DNA of 64,000 nucleotides from an uncultured Gemmatimonadales bacterium (GTDB lineage Bacteria; Gemmatimonadota; Gemmatimonadetes; Gemmatimonadales; GWC2-71-9): positions 364,881-428,880 of the forward strand of contig CAWDYU010000003.1 of the NCBI GenBank assembly GCA_963806875.1, in the 5' to 3' direction. The translations under genes and the position numbers were made by a program. This document shows positions 10,380 to 22,035 of this stretch, piece by piece; within the stretch, counting starts at the first letter, position 1, and every line of letters starts with the position of its first letter. The notes beneath the pieces are model-generated. The model made no database searches and was not told the origin of the DNA. It saw only the letters and a program-made list of their open reading frames with translations.

Positions 10380-11090
10380 GTGGCGCGACGACTGCTACTC
10401 CTCTTCGCCGTGCTTTGCGGCGTGCCGACCATGGCGTCGGCGCAATCGTTGCGCCTGGAAATGAAGACACACCCCGAACGTCGCACGCCGCTGATCCGCC
10501 TTTACAACCTGTTCGATGAGGATCGCTGGCGCGACGCGCTCGTGGAGAAGTCCTACCCCATACGCCTGCATTGGCGATTGCAACTCTGGCGCTCCCGTGC
10601 GGGGTTCGACACCCCCGGACCCGTCAATGAATGGGATGTCGTCATCCGCCGGGAGCCACTGCTCGAGCAGTACCGTTTTACCGAGACGGTAGGCGGGAGG
10701 CGGGTCATGGACACCGCATTCTCGAGCGTCGAGGAGCTTCGGTATCACTACGAACGTCAGCAGGAAGTGGCGGGGGTGGCGCCGACGCGGGATGGTGAGT
10801 GGTATTACGCGGTCAGGCTCGAGGTCACGACGTTGACGTCAGCAGATTTTGACCGTCTGGAACGCCTGCCGGGGGGTGCGGCACCCGCAAGTGGCCTGGG
10901 CGCGCAGATCGCCCGGCTCCTGGTGAGCCTCAGCCTTCCCTCGGCAAGGCTCGCGCAGGAATCGCCGGTGTTCAGGGTCGCGGCGCCGGAACTGAATCAG
11001 CCCGCTGCGGTCGCACTCAGTGGGTGCGGATTGCCTCGAGTGCGTCTTCCCCATAAAAGAGCCGGATGTATTTCATCTGGGTGGGCGTGA
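10380..11090 (+). CDS. exported protein resembling DUF4390; true end may be near 10995
   Basis: Signal peptide (ASA-Q); PIRLHWRLQLWRSR, EPLLEQYR, FSSVEEL, YYAVRLEV pattern. The tail overlaps the convergent HNH gene. Confidence 0.5.
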   Translation: MARRLLLLFAVLCGVPTMASAQSLRLEMKTHPERRTPLIRLYNLFDEDRWRDALVEKSYPIRLHWRLQLWRSRAGFDTPGPVNEWDVVIRREPLLEQYRFTETVGGRRVMDTAFSSVEELRYHYERQQEVAGVAPTRDGEWYYAVRLEVTTLTSADFDRLERLPGGAAPASGLGAQIARLLVSLSLPSARLAQESPVFRVAAPELNQPAAVALSGCGLPRVRLPHKRAGCISSGWA

Positions 11091-11568
11091 GCCGACGAAT
11101 CGCCCACGACAAGTGGACGAAATGCGGCTCGGTCGGGACCTGCAGCGGGTGCATGCCGCATTCCGATGGAAGGTGACTGCCCTTGCGGGTGTTGCACGAC
11201 GAGCAAGCCGTCACGACGTTGTCCCACGCATTGGTACCACCCCGCGACTGCGGCACGACGTGATCGCGCGTGAGACACTCACGGGGCCGGAACACAGCCG
11301 GTGTGCGGGCGCAATACTGGCAGCGGTAGCCATCACGGGCGAACAGGAATGTGTTGGTGACCTGGCGACGGAAGCGGCGGGGAACGTGCACGAACCGGAC
11401 GAGACGGATGATGGCGGGACTCGGCATTCGCATTCGGACGCTGCGTATCACCTCGTTCCCGTCGGCCTCCACGATCTCGGCCTTCCCCTCGATGACGAGC
11501 CTGAGCGCCCGACGGGTCGGAACCATGGTGAGCGGCTCGAACGATGCATTGAGGGCAAGACAGCGCAC
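11017..11568 (-). CDS. HNH endonuclease (McrA-like/HNH_5)
   Basis: GGAG then GTG: MRCLALNASFEPL; LFARDGYRCQYC, TRDHVVPQSRGG, WDNVVTACSSCNTRKG. Confidence 0.9.
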   Translation of the reverse strand: MRCLALNASFEPLTMVPTRRALRLVIEGKAEIVEADGNEVIRSVRMRMPSPAIIRLVRFVHVPRRFRRQVTNTFLFARDGYRCQYCARTPAVFRPRECLTRDHVVPQSRGGTNAWDNVVTACSSCNTRKGSHLPSECGMHPLQVPTEPHFVHLSWAIRRLTPTQMKYIRLFYGEDALEAIRTH

Positions 11569-11599
11569 CCACGGCTCCGGGAGGGGACATCCATGATTA

Positions 11600-12846
11600 T
11601 CATGGCGCCCCCTGCGAGACAAGGGGAAGGCGCCCGCCGAGCCAGGTCGCGCGGACCGCGTCGGTACCACTTTGCAGCACCGCTTCGATCGGGTCGGATG
11701 CGTCACCAACCGCTATCGCAACCACATCCCCCCAATACCCCGGCGAGAGCGCGCCGATGCTGCTCCCAAGTCCGAGTGCCTCCGCGCCACCCAGAGTCAG
11801 CGCCCGCAGTGTTTCCTCGGCGGTCCAGCCTGCCAGCAGGCGCGCCTCGCGTGCCTCGGCCAGCAAGTCGATCGGGGCAACGCTGACTTCCGAGTCCGTG
11901 CCAAGACCAACTCGCAGCCCCGCGCGCCACGTAGCGGTCGATCGGCGCCCGGGCGGCGTGGTGCCGCATGTTGGAGCGCGGACAATGGGCGATGGCGCAC
12001 TGGTGCCGGACGAGACGGTCGACATCGGGCTCATCAACGTGCAGGACGTGAATGCAGAGCGTGTCCGGACCCAGCACTCCGTGAGCGTCCAGCCACGCGA
12101 TCGGCGACACCGGTTCCACCGAAGGGCGCGGCACACCGCGCGCTCGCCACATCTCCGCGAACGTTCCGGTGAAGTCGCGCAGGAGATTCACTTCATCGAG
12201 CGGGTTCCGCGACGTGCACCGCAATCGGTACGCCGTGCGCCCGGGCGAGCTCGGCGCTGGCGCGGTACAGCGGCACCACTCACGGTATATGGCGCGTGCG
12301 GGGAGACGCCGAGTCGCGATGCGACCGGTAGCGTGATGCGCCAGTCGCGCGAGGTCACGCTCGAAGACTTTCATCGCCGGTTCGCACTGTTCGGGGTGCA
12401 TCCCGAAGACTTCGTGGTGCGCCACCCCGCTCGCCCGCAGGTGCGCCAACGCTGCGATCACCTGCCCGGTACTGCCCGTGTCACAGACCGTCGTCACGCC
12501 CTGTCGCCAGCAACTTTCGATGCCACGAGCTGGCTGCGTCGAAAAACGCCTCCTCGCTCCGGCCGGACTTCACGGCGATGAGGTGACGGATCCACTCGGC
12601 AAAGTTGTCGTCGTCCACGATGCCGGCGAAGCCGGTGAGTTCCAGATGGGTGTGAGTGTTGACGAAACCCGGAGCAAGGGCACATCCAGGATACGAAACG
12701 GTTGCACAATCCGGCGGTGACGGCACGGTGACATCGGGGCCCGCAGCGACAATCCGGCCGGCGTCGTCGATCAACACCGCGCCGTCTGCGACCACCGGCC
12801 CGGAGACGGGAAGCAGCCACGGCGCGGCGAGCCTGAGCAGCGTCAG
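11600..12846 (-). CDS. metal-dependent amidohydrolase (MTA/SAH or aminodeoxyfutalosine deaminase-like), frameshifted; probable CTG start
   Basis: PGFVNTHTHLEL, GVTTVCD, SPHAPY, HVAE, HCPRSN, GLGTDS across frames. Confidence 0.85.
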
Positions 12847-14978
12847 GGCCCTCCGCCGGGGCGGAACGGCGAGTGCAGCGGACAGAACTCCTTCGGCTCG
12901 GACCCGGGGGCGAAAGACCTCGACTCACGGACATCTTCGGGGCAGAACGGCGTCGCCTTGAACCCGGTCGTCCGGTCGATCTCCACCGACACCATGACCT
13001 GCTCCGGCTCGGGCCACGCGGGTGGCGCTTTGCGTCGCTGGTATATCTCCAGCATCATCGTGGTGAACGCCGGCGCTGCCAGGCGACCACCCTGCGCATT
13101 GGGCATGATCTTTTCGGGTCGATCGAACCCGATCCACACACCCGCAACGAGATCCGACGTGAAGCCGACATACCATACGTCGCGATAGTCATTGGTCGTG
13201 CCGGTCTTCCCGCCCGACGGGATCTGGAACCCGGCCCGATACACATGCGTCGACCCGGTGCCGTTGGTGACGACGCCGCGAAGCGCCGAGGTGAGCGACC
13301 ACGCCACGGCGTCGCTCAACACCTGCACCCGTTCGACTTCCGGTTCCCAGAGAATGTGCCCGTCGCTGTCCTCGACCCGGAGGATCGCATTGGGAACAAC
13401 CCGGGTGCCGAGGTTGGCAAAGGTGGAATAGGCCGCGATCAGCTCGAGCGGATGCACCGATGCAGCGCCCAGCGTGATCGCCGGCACGCGGGGCAAAGGC
13501 GTGGTGATCCCGAACCGGCGCGCCATCTGGACGATGTTGCCGACACCGGCACGTAGGCCCATCCGGACGGCCACGGTATTGGTGGACTTCCAGATTGCCT
13601 CACGCATCGACATCGACGCGCCGCTGAAGCGTCCGTCATAGTTGCCGGGTTCCCAGTTCGGCTGACCTGAGATGGGAATCGAGACCGGCGAATCGACTTC
13701 GTAGTCGTCCAGCGACATTCCCTGCTCGAGGGCGGCCGCGTACACGATCGGCTTGAACGTCGATCCGGGCTGGCGTTCGGCCTGCACCGCGCGGTTGTAC
13801 TTCGAATCGCCGAAGTCGCGACCGCCGACCATCGCCAGGATGTTTCCGGTCTTGGCCTCCATCACGACCGACGCACCTTGCAGGTAGGGCGAGTTGTTGC
13901 TGTTACCCTCGGCGCCGCGCTGGCCGCTCTCGAGATAGTCGGCATAGCTCTTGTGGGGGAACGCGCCGAGTTCGTCCCGCTCGATTCGCTGGAGCTGCTC
14001 CTCCATCGCCCGCTCGGCCGCGGCCTGGGCGTCGAGATCGAGCGTGGTGTAGATCCTGAGGCCCTTGCTGTAGAGGTCGCCCCCGAATCGCTTGCCCAAC
14101 TGGATTCGGACATACTCGACGAAATACTCGCCGAGCGTGCTGTTGTCGGGCCGGGCAGACAGCGTGAGCGGATAGGCCTTCCAGGTGTCGGCCTCCTCGG
14201 CGGTCAATGCGCCGTCGTCGTGAAGGAGGTCGATGACCACGTTGCGACGCGTCACCGCCGCGCGCGGGCTCTTGCGCGGGTTGTAGCGCTCGGGCGCCTT
14301 TGGCAGGGCTGCGAGCATCGCCGCTTCGGCAACGTTGATCAACTCGGAGGACTTCCCGAAATAGCGTTGCGACGCTTCCTCGACGCCGAAGGCCCGGCTG
14401 CCAAGCGAAATCTGGTTCAGGTACAGCTCGAGGATGCGGTCCTTCGAATAGCGCTTCTCGATCTCGGTTGCGAAGCGTGCCTCGCGAATCTTCCGCGGGA
14501 TGCCGCCGATGCCCCGGCGCCGGCGGTCGATCTCGGTGGGGAACAGGTTCCCTGCCAGCTGCATCGTGATGGTGGAAAAGCCTTCGTTCATCCCGCCGCT
14601 CAGGATGTTGTTCTTGATCGCGCCGAAGAAACGGATCCAGTCGACGCCGTGATGCTCGTAGAACCGCTTGTCCTCGACGGCAAGAAAGGCCGCCGGGATC
14701 GCCGGGGACATTTCACGAAGCGTCTTGACCGTGCGCCGTTCTGTGCCGTAGTCGGTGATACGGCGACCGTCGGCCGCGTAGACCTTGGAGGCCTGGATGG
14801 GGTCGAACTCGTTGAGCCGGCTGATGGCCGGACACGCCGATCCGGCGCAGGCGGTGTACCAGGCAGCCAGGATTACGCCCAGCGACGCGACGAACGAACC
14901 AGCGAGGAGGTAGCCGACCCGTTTCCGGTTCGGTGCCCTCTTCCACCAGCGGCGGATCCGGGTTGCAGTGCTATTCAT
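12843..14978 (-). CDS. mrcA: penicillin-binding protein 1A (transglycosylase plus transpeptidase)
   Basis: [38 protein letters not shown] (SxxK), STN (SxN), KTGT. Confidence 0.93.
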   Translation of the reverse strand: MNSTATRIRRWWKRAPNRKRVGYLLAGSFVASLGVILAAWYTACAGSACPAISRLNEFDPIQASKVYAADGRRITDYGTERRTVKTLREMSPAIPAAFLAVEDKRFYEHHGVDWIRFFGAIKNNILSGGMNEGFSTITMQLAGNLFPTEIDRRRRGIGGIPRKIREARFATEIEKRYSKDRILELYLNQISLGSRAFGVEEASQRYFGKSSELINVAEAAMLAALPKAPERYNPRKSPRAAVTRRNVVIDLLHDDGALTAEEADTWKAYPLTLSARPDNSTLGEYFVEYVRIQLGKRFGGDLYSKGLRIYTTLDLDAQAAAERAMEEQLQRIERDELGAFPHKSYADYLESGQRGAEGNSNNSPYLQGASVVMEAKTGNILAMVGGRDFGDSKYNRAVQAERQPGSTFKPIVYAAALEQGMSLDDYEVDSPVSIPISGQPNWEPGNYDGRFSGASMSMREAIWKSTNTVAVRMGLRAGVGNIVQMARRFGITTPLPRVPAITLGAASVHPLELIAAYSTFANLGTRVVPNAILRVEDSDGHILWEPEVERVQVLSDAVAWSLTSALRGVVTNGTGSTHVYRAGFQIPSGGKTGTTNDYRDVWYVGFTSDLVAGVWIGFDRPEKIMPNAQGGRLAAPAFTTMMLEIYQRRKAPPAWPEPEQVMVSVEIDRTTGFKATPFCPEDVRESRSFAPGSEPKEFCPLHSPFRPGGGP

Positions 14979-15045
14979 GTCGCGGAAGCTATCGTGGGCC
15001 GGGTCACCTTGCACGTCCCCGCTCGCCAACGGCATCTTGTGCCCC

Positions 15046-16316
15046 ATGAACCGCCTCCTGGACGTCCTCACCGCGCGGGGCATGGTGCACGACGCCACCC
15101 CCGGCCTCAAATCCCGCCTCGCCGCGGGCCCGCTCGCCGGATACGTGGGATTCGACCCGACCGCTGCATCGTTGCACGTCGGCAATCTCGTGCCGGTGAT
15201 GGCACTGGCCTGGCTGCAACGTCTTGGCGGCCGTCCAATCGTGCTCGTCGGTGGCGGTACCGGGTTGGTGGGTGATCCATCCGGCAAGCGGGCAGAGCGG
15301 CCAATGCTCGACTCCGCCCTGGTGGCGAGCAATAGCGCGGCACTGCAGGCGCAGCTCGCGCGCTTCTTCGACTTCAGTCCCTCGGCCACCGGCGCGCTGT
15401 TGCGCGACAACGCTTCGTGGTTGGCCCCGCTCGGCCTGTTCGAGTTCCTGCGCGAGGCCGGGAAGCACTTCACGGTGAGCTACATGCTCCAGAAGGACAG
15501 CGTGAAGTCGCGACTCGAGACCGGGATCTCGTTCACCGAGTTCACCTACATGCTCGTGCAGGCGTACGACTTCGCTCGGCTCGCCGAGACCGACGACTGC
15601 GAGCTGCAGATGGGTGGCAGCGACCAGTGGGGCAACATCACCGCCGGGATCGAGCTGGCGGCACGCCGCGATGGCCGGAAGCTGCACGGTCTGGTGGTCC
15701 CGCTGCTCACCACTGCGCAGGGCGCCAAGTTCGGGAAGAGTGAGCAGGGCAATGTCTGGCTGGATCCCGAGCGCACCTCACCATACGCCTTCCATCAGTT
15801 CTGGCTTCAGGCCGACGACGCCGACGTCCGGCGGTTGCTGTCGTTCTTCACGTTCATCGAACTCGACGAGATCGATGTCCATCATGCGAAGCACGCACGA
15901 CGGACCCGGGCCAGCGATCGGCGCAGCGCCGGCTGGCCGACGACGTCACGGGACGGGTACACGGTGCCGATGCAGTGCGGCGGGTGCGTGCGACGGCGGC
16001 GATCCTCTTCGGTGGCGGCGACCTCCGCGGCGCAGACGAGGGCATCCTCGCCATGGTGGCGGCGGAGGTCCCCACCGTGACGGTTGATTCGGAAGCGCTC
16101 GACGTTGGGATACCGATTGTCGATGCGTTGGTGATGGCGTCCCTCGCGGCCTCGAAGGGCGACGCTCGGCGCGGACTCGACGCGGGCGGGTTCTCGATCA
16201 ATGGAGAGATCGCCGAGGCGGGGGCGGTTGTCACGCCCGCCGACCTGCTCGCCTCAAGCGTGGTGCTGCTCCGCAAGGGGAAGCGCAACTGGGCGGCGAT
16301 TCGCCTTGTGTCCTGA
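15046..16316 (+). CDS. tyrS: tyrosine--tRNA ligase, frameshift(s) near 15880-15910
   Basis: [30 protein letters not shown]-terminal S4 domain ending LLRKGKRN. Confidence 0.95.
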
Positions 16317-16328
16317 CTCACCGGCTGC

Positions 16329-17249
16329 ATGACGGCACCGATCTTGACGGTGGCCATCTGCACCAGGAACCGCGCTGCGTCGCTTGAACGCACCCTGCAG
16401 CGCTTGGTAGATGTGCCGCATCCGCCAACGTCGGCGTGGGAAGTGATCGTCGTCGACAACGGGTCGACCGACGGAACCCAGGGTGTGCTCCAACGATTTG
16501 GCCCACTCCTTCCGATTCGCACCCTTGTCGAAACACAGCCCGGAATCTCGGTGGCGAGGAACCGCGCGATCCGTCACGCCATTGGAAGATGGATTGCCTG
16601 GACCGACGACGATGTTCTCGTGGGGGACGAGTGGTTGACCACGTATCACCGCGAGCTCACTTCATCGACTCCGCCTGACATCGCGGGTGGACCGATTGTC
16701 CCCCAGTTCGAGGCAGAGCCTGACGCCTATGTCAGCGAGGTTGTCCGACAGTTTCCCCAGGTATTTGCCCTCCTCGAACTGGGACCGCTGCCTGGACCGT
16801 TTCCACCGGGACGTGTTCCATATGGCGCAAACATGGTGATTCGACGCGACCTGCTGGGCGTGGGGTTCGATCCGGACTTCGGCCTGGGTGGCGGGGTTCC
16901 GGTGTCCGGCGAGGACACCGTCCTCCTCGAGCACCTGGTGGCGGAGGGCGCATCCACCCGCTGGCTGCCGAGCGCCTCGGTGGTGCATGTGCTGCCGGCG
17001 TATCGGCTCACTGAGGCATTTGTCCGGAACTGGGCGTACGTTGGTGGGCACACCAATGTTCGCGAGTCGCTGCGAAAGCCAGGCACAAAGCGGACCTTCC
17101 GCATTTGGATATGGATGTTCACGCATGCGCTGCGCACGCTCGCGCGCACGTCGGGCCCGGCCCCGGCAAACCTGGCCGCCCGGGTGCACCATGATTTCCG
17201 GAAGAACGCGGCGCGTGGAATGATGTCGGAGTTGTTTCGCGTGTCGTGA
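16329..17249 (+). CDS. glycosyltransferase family 2
   Basis: VAICTRNR, VVDNGSTD, GISVARN, WTDDD, GEDT. Confidence 0.9.
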   Translation: MTAPILTVAICTRNRAASLERTLQRLVDVPHPPTSAWEVIVVDNGSTDGTQGVLQRFGPLLPIRTLVETQPGISVARNRAIRHAIGRWIAWTDDDVLVGDEWLTTYHRELTSSTPPDIAGGPIVPQFEAEPDAYVSEVVRQFPQVFALLELGPLPGPFPPGRVPYGANMVIRRDLLGVGFDPDFGLGGGVPVSGEDTVLLEHLVAEGASTRWLPSASVVHVLPAYRLTEAFVRNWAYVGGHTNVRESLRKPGTKRTFRIWIWMFTHALRTLARTSGPAPANLAARVHHDFRKNAARGMMSELFRVS

Positions 17250-17267
17250 ACGAACGGCGTCAGGGAC

Positions 17268-18602
17268 TCAGCGTCCGAGTTCTTCCGTCAAGCTGTCGAT
17301 GACACGCTGGGCGAGGGGGCCGGCCTCATACTGGGTCCACGCGGCGTCCAGACCCGCCGCAAAGTCCGCAAACCTGCCAGATCGCCAGGCATCCACCAAC
17401 GAGAGTAACGCCGCATCGAGTTCGTCCCGCGTGCACGCGATCCCGATGCCATTGCTCGTGACCAGATCGGCAGTTGCGCCGTCGGCGATCGCGAAGATCG
17501 GCTTTCGCATTCCGATGTACTCATATGCCTTCGCGGGAATCTGCAGCGGCTGGCCTTCCGCGATGAGCAGGCCGCAGTCTGCGTCGGCAAGCACCTGAAG
17601 GGCGACCGCCTGCGGGACTGGCGGCTCCGCGGTTGCCACGCCCGACAATCCCAGTCGCTCGATGGTGTCACCCAGCAATTCCCCCGGGACCTCGAAGCTT
17701 CCCACGAACCTGATCCGGATGGCATCGTCGGCAAGCTGCCCCGATTTGCGGAGTCTTGCGAGCGACTCGAGAATCGGCACCGGCGAGCGAGGGCCGTACA
17801 GCGTGCCGACGTGCGCCAGCTCAAGCCGTGATCCGAGGTGCGTTGACGATGCGGTCACCGCCAACTCCTCCTTCGCGAAACTGCACGGAAGGACCAGTGG
17901 AGGAACGATCGAGTATCGACTCTTGAGCCGCGCAGCGAGCGCGGGCGTGGTGACGAGCACGCGATCCGCCCGGCGCATGATCATCGCCTCGATTTTCTCG
18001 AGCGTCCTCGCAGCCCAGCCTGTTTCGTTGTTGAACGGATTGCCGACGATCGGGTCGTGCAACCACGCATACCAGCGGGTTGCCGACGTCGGCAACCCGC
18101 TCAACCTCGCGGCCAGGTGCACCGAGACCACAGGAGAAACGGAAATCACGAGGTCGGTGGGCTCCTCACGAAGGAGTCGGCGGAGCGCCCAGGCCGCAGG
18201 CACGATCCAGCGATTCGCACGATCGGGAAAGTACAACGCCCTGACCACACGGCGGGCCCATCCTTCGGACTCGACAGAGCTGTTGCGAGCTTGAGGCTTC
18301 CGGGAGTCGCCGCCTTCGCGCGCGCGGCGGCGGTGCTTCCATTTCACCGCACTCCGTACCGGGTCCCACCACGGTTTCACGCGCTCGACATCCAACCCCG
18401 TTGGGATGGGCTTCCCGTAGGCCTCGTCCAGCGCCGGTGCCTCGCTGATCGGCGGGGTGATCACCCTCACCCGTACACCGCGAAGAGCAAGCGCGCGCGC
18501 GAGCCGCCAATCGGTCTTTCCCGCCACCTCCGACGATGGCGGGAAGTGCCAGGAAATGATGATGATCGATAGGGGTCGGTCCCCCCGGTCCGGTGCTGTC
18601 AT
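17268..18602 (-). CDS. glycosyltransferase family 4 (GT-B)
   Basis: ISWHFPP, HVGTLYGPRSP, IPAKAYEY. Confidence 0.85.
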   Translation of the reverse strand: MTAPDRGDRPLSIIIISWHFPPSSEVAGKTDWRLARALALRGVRVRVITPPISEAPALDEAYGKPIPTGLDVERVKPWWDPVRSAVKWKHRRRAREGGDSRKPQARNSSVESEGWARRVVRALYFPDRANRWIVPAAWALRRLLREEPTDLVISVSPVVSVHLAARLSGLPTSATRWYAWLHDPIVGNPFNNETGWAARTLEKIEAMIMRRADRVLVTTPALAARLKSRYSIVPPLVLPCSFAKEELAVTASSTHLGSRLELAHVGTLYGPRSPVPILESLARLRKSGQLADDAIRIRFVGSFEVPGELLGDTIERLGLSGVATAEPPVPQAVALQVLADADCGLLIAEGQPLQIPAKAYEYIGMRKPIFAIADGATADLVTSNGIGIACTRDELDAALLSLVDAWRSGRFADFAAGLDAAWTQYEAGPLAQRVIDSLTEELGR

Positions 18603-18681
18603 GGCCAACAATCTACTCCCGGACCTCGACTGCTCGCGGGTCGGCGGCCCCGCTCGTCGCAACGTTCCAACAATGCAGTGC

Positions 18682-19854
18682 TCATGCCTTGGGCCGTCGT
18701 TCACCCGCGCGCGAGATCAGCCCGGCAACCCGGTCTGCTTCGTCGACAAGGGTGCACACCCCCGGACTGAGCCGCGCTACCCCCTCCCGAGAGGAGCAGA
18801 TGACACCCCCGGCGGTGAGAGAGGCGTGGAGCGCGGCCGTCTCGGAGGCGGTGTGCCCCGCCAGAGCCACGATGCCAGAACCGTTGGTGCCGTGTGGTGA
18901 CCGGACCTCGAAGCCTGCATCGCGTGCGGCACCCAGCATCGGTTGCTGCAGCGCCGACAGATGCGCCGCCACGGCCGCGATGCCCACCTCGAGGAGCAAC
19001 TCGATCGAGGCCGTCATCGCCGCGAGGTCCTGCACGGGCAACGTGATCAACTCGAAGCGACGCGCATCGGGCCAGGGCTCGGGATCATACGAAGTCAGCT
19101 TCGTGTAATCGGCACTCGAACGGTACGCCGCCCACCCCGCGAATGTGGGCGTGATCGTGCCGATCAGCGCCTCACGCACGTAGAGGAATCCCGTTCCCCA
19201 CGGACTCATCAACCACTTCTGGGCGCCACAAGCAAGAAAGTCGACCGGCGTGGCGACGACGTCGACGGGAACCTGCCCGCACGCCTGGATCGCATCGATG
19301 ATCAGCCACTGCCCACCGGCTCTTGTCGCTCGCGACAGCGCATCCAGGTCGATCGTGTAACCATTGACGAACTGCGTCAGCGATACACACACCGCGCGCA
19401 CGGCAGGGTCGCGAAGCCGATCGTGCATCCGTGCCTCGTCGGGCCATCCATCGGCGGTGCATGGAATGCGCTCCACGACGATCCCTTCATCTGCCCTGGC
19501 CATCCACGGATACATCACCGCCGGAAACTCACCGTCGAACGTGAGCACGATATCGCCGGCTGCCAGCGGGAGCGCCCGTGCCGCCACGTTCATGCCTGTC
19601 GTGGTGTTGGGCATGAGCGCTATCTCGGCAACCTGTGCGTTGATCAACCGCGCCGCTGCCCTGCGCGCGCCGGCGAGCACGGTGTCGAGGCGGTCGCCGG
19701 CCCACGTTGCCGGACACCCGCGATCACGATTGGCGACCTGCAGCACCTCGATGCTCCGGCGCGGCACCGGACCGACTGACGCCATGTTCATGAATATCCC
19801 ATGCCCGTCGAGCGCCCCGAACTCGTCGCGGCGCAGCGCTGCGAAATCGGTCAC
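18682..19854 (-). CDS. class V PLP-dependent aminotransferase/C-S lyase family protein
   Basis: FMNMASVGP, NTTTG, EFPA, IIDAIQ, GAQKW (PLP lysine), RLSP; GTGA overlap with the upstream gene. Confidence 0.85.
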   Translation of the reverse strand: MTDFAALRRDEFGALDGHGIFMNMASVGPVPRRSIEVLQVANRDRGCPATWAGDRLDTVLAGARRAAARLINAQVAEIALMPNTTTGMNVAARALPLAAGDIVLTFDGEFPAVMYPWMARADEGIVVERIPCTADGWPDEARMHDRLRDPAVRAVCVSLTQFVNGYTIDLDALSRATRAGGQWLIIDAIQACGQVPVDVVATPVDFLACGAQKWLMSPWGTGFLYVREALIGTITPTFAGWAAYRSSADYTKLTSYDPEPWPDARRFELITLPVQDLAAMTASIELLLEVGIAAVAAHLSALQQPMLGAARDAGFEVRSPHGTNGSGIVALAGHTASETAALHASLTAGGVICSSREGVARLSPGVCTLVDEADRVAGLISRAGERRPKA

Positions 19855-20709
19855 GCGCTGCGCTCGAGGGTAGGATCGAGCGATTCGCGCAGGCCGTCCC
19901 CCACGAGGTTGAATCCCAGCACCGCCACGCCCACGGCCACACCGGGCAGCACGCTCACCCAGGGCGCGACCCGGATGAGATCGCGGCCCTCGGCCACCAT
20001 CGAGCCCCAACTGGGCGTTGGCGGCTGGGCACCCAGCCCCACGAACGAAAGCGCGGCCTCGGCCATGATCGCTCCCGCCACGCCGAGGGTGGCCGTGATG
20101 ATCACCGGCGCCTGGACGTTGGGGACGAGATGTTTCCACAGGATCCATCGGTCGACCGCGCCGAGCGCGCGCGACGCCATCACGTATTCACTGCGCGAGA
20201 GGACCAGCACCTGTGCGCGAACGAGACGAGCCATCCCGGCCCAGCCCACCGCGCCGATCACCACGAAGATCATCGGCAGCGACGGCTTGACGGCGGCTGC
20301 CACCGCGATCAGGAGGAGGAGTGAGGGAAACGCCAGCGTGATGTCCGCCAGTCGCATGATGAGGAGATCGACCCACCGACGGTAGTAGCCAGCAAGCAGC
20401 CCCATTGTCAGGCCGAGTGTGACGGCGACCAGCCTGGGATATGGTCCCCACCAGGAGCGATATCCGGGCACCGTACAGCACGCGGGACCACACATCACGC
20501 CCCTGCGCATCCGCGCCGAACAGGAACTTGCCGCCGGGCCGGGCGAGATAATCATTGGCGAGATCGCCACGGTAGGGATCGTGCGGCGCCAGCCACGGGG
20601 CGAATGCCGCCGCGACAATGACGAGCGCCACCAGCGTTGCGCCGAGCTTGAAGAGCGGGTCGCGACGCCAACGTGAACGCACCGCAAGCCAACCGGGGGA
20701 CGCCATCAT
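19851..20709 (-). CDS. peptide/nickel ABC transporter permease (DppC/OppC), frameshift near 20430
   Basis: LFGADAQGRDVWSRVLYGARISL, EYVMASRALGA (EAA loop), EAALSFVGLG, PSWG. Confidence 0.9.
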
Positions 20710-21911
20710 CGTCTGCCGTACTCCTCCGCGAGGGACCGAAGCTTCGTGACGACCGTATCCCAGGTGAACTCACGAATCACCCGTTCCCGACCCGCGGAGC
20801 CCAGTGCCAAGCCACGCTCGGGATCGTCGAGCAGGGTGCGAATTGCGCTGGCCGCTTCATGCACCGACAGCGGATCGACCAGCAACCCGGTCGCGCCGTC
20901 GGACACTGCATCACCAGTGCCCCCGCTCCTTCCTGCCACGACGGGAAGGCCGGAGGCCGCGGCTTCGAGCAGGGCGATACCAAACCCTTCGACCTCGACC
21001 CCATCCTCCCGCGACAACCCAAGATAGATGTCACCCAGGGAGTACGCCGCAGGCAGCTCGGAGTCATCCACGTCGGCCATGAAGTGCACCCGCTCACGGA
21101 CCCCCAGCTGTGTCGCCAGGGCCTCGAGGCGGGTGAGATCGTTGCCGCGGCCGATGACCGCATAGTGGAGCGTCGGCCAAGTGTCGGCGAGCGAAGCAAT
21201 CGCCTCGATGGCTACGTCGATCCCCTTGTGGGGAACCAGTCGGGCCACGGTCACTGCCCAGTGTCCCTCCGGCAAGCCGCGACTCGTCCGGAACCGCTCA
21301 CCGGCCGCCCGATCCGGACGGAACCGAACCGGGTCGGTACCCGGCGGCACCACCCGGACTACACCTTCGACGTCGAGCTCCTGCAGCATGCCGACGCACA
21401 GCCTCGCCGTCCACGAGGAGTTCGCGACGAACACCGCGGGCGCTCCGAGCATGGTGCGAAAAAGGCGGCGCTTCCACCACCGGCCCACCATCCGATCCCG
21501 CAGCGTCATGAGGTCGCCGCCGTGAACGATCACGCCGAACGGCAGCCCCCTGAGTCGCAGCGCCGCGTACGCAGGATAGATCGCGGGACGTACGTTGCCG
21601 CACCACGCGAAACGCACGTCGGGAAGCGCCGCAAGACCGACTGCCCGCCGACTCCATGCGACCAGGCCGGGTAGCGTCTTCAGCCGCTCCGCGGGCGTCG
21701 CGATACGGTCCACCGCGCTGGGAGAGAGGGCGTCGAAGGTCGCAGAACCCTCGATCGAACCGGTGGACACGAGTAGCGTCCCGGCAGGATGCGAGTCGGC
21801 GAGGGCCTCCATCCAACGCGCAATTCCACCCCCCATGGGGGGAAAATCAAAGGTCAACAGCAGGTCTGTACGCGTTATCCGGTCCTCGGCGGCGAGAGGT
21901 CTGTTGGTCAA
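20706..21911 (-). CDS. glycosyltransferase family 4 (PimB-like); start uncertain
   Basis: LLTFDFPPMGGGI, VARLVPHKG, EGFGIALLEAAASGLPVV. Confidence 0.9.
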   Translation of the reverse strand: MTNRPLAAEDRITRTDLLLTFDFPPMGGGIARWMEALADSHPAGTLLVSTGSIEGSATFDALSPSAVDRIATPAERLKTLPGLVAWSRRAVGLAALPDVRFAWCGNVRPAIYPAYAALRLRGLPFGVIVHGGDLMTLRDRMVGRWWKRRLFRTMLGAPAVFVANSSWTARLCVGMLQELDVEGVVRVVPPGTDPVRFRPDRAAGERFRTSRGLPEGHWAVTVARLVPHKGIDVAIEAIASLADTWPTLHYAVIGRGNDLTRLEALATQLGVRERVHFMADVDDSELPAAYSLGDIYLGLSREDGVEVEGFGIALLEAAASGLPVVAGRSGGTGDAVSDGATGLLVDPLSVHEAASAIRTLLDDPERGLALGSAGRERVIREFTWDTVVTKLRSLAEEYGRR

Positions 21912-22035
21912 CCACGGGCATCGGGCGCTATGGTTACACAGTGAAACCTCACGGAACGTAGTTCGTAAGCCACCGAGTCCGGAGCACGTCCTCCGGCCGA
22001 CGATCGGCCATCACCATTACCGACACGGAGTTTAC

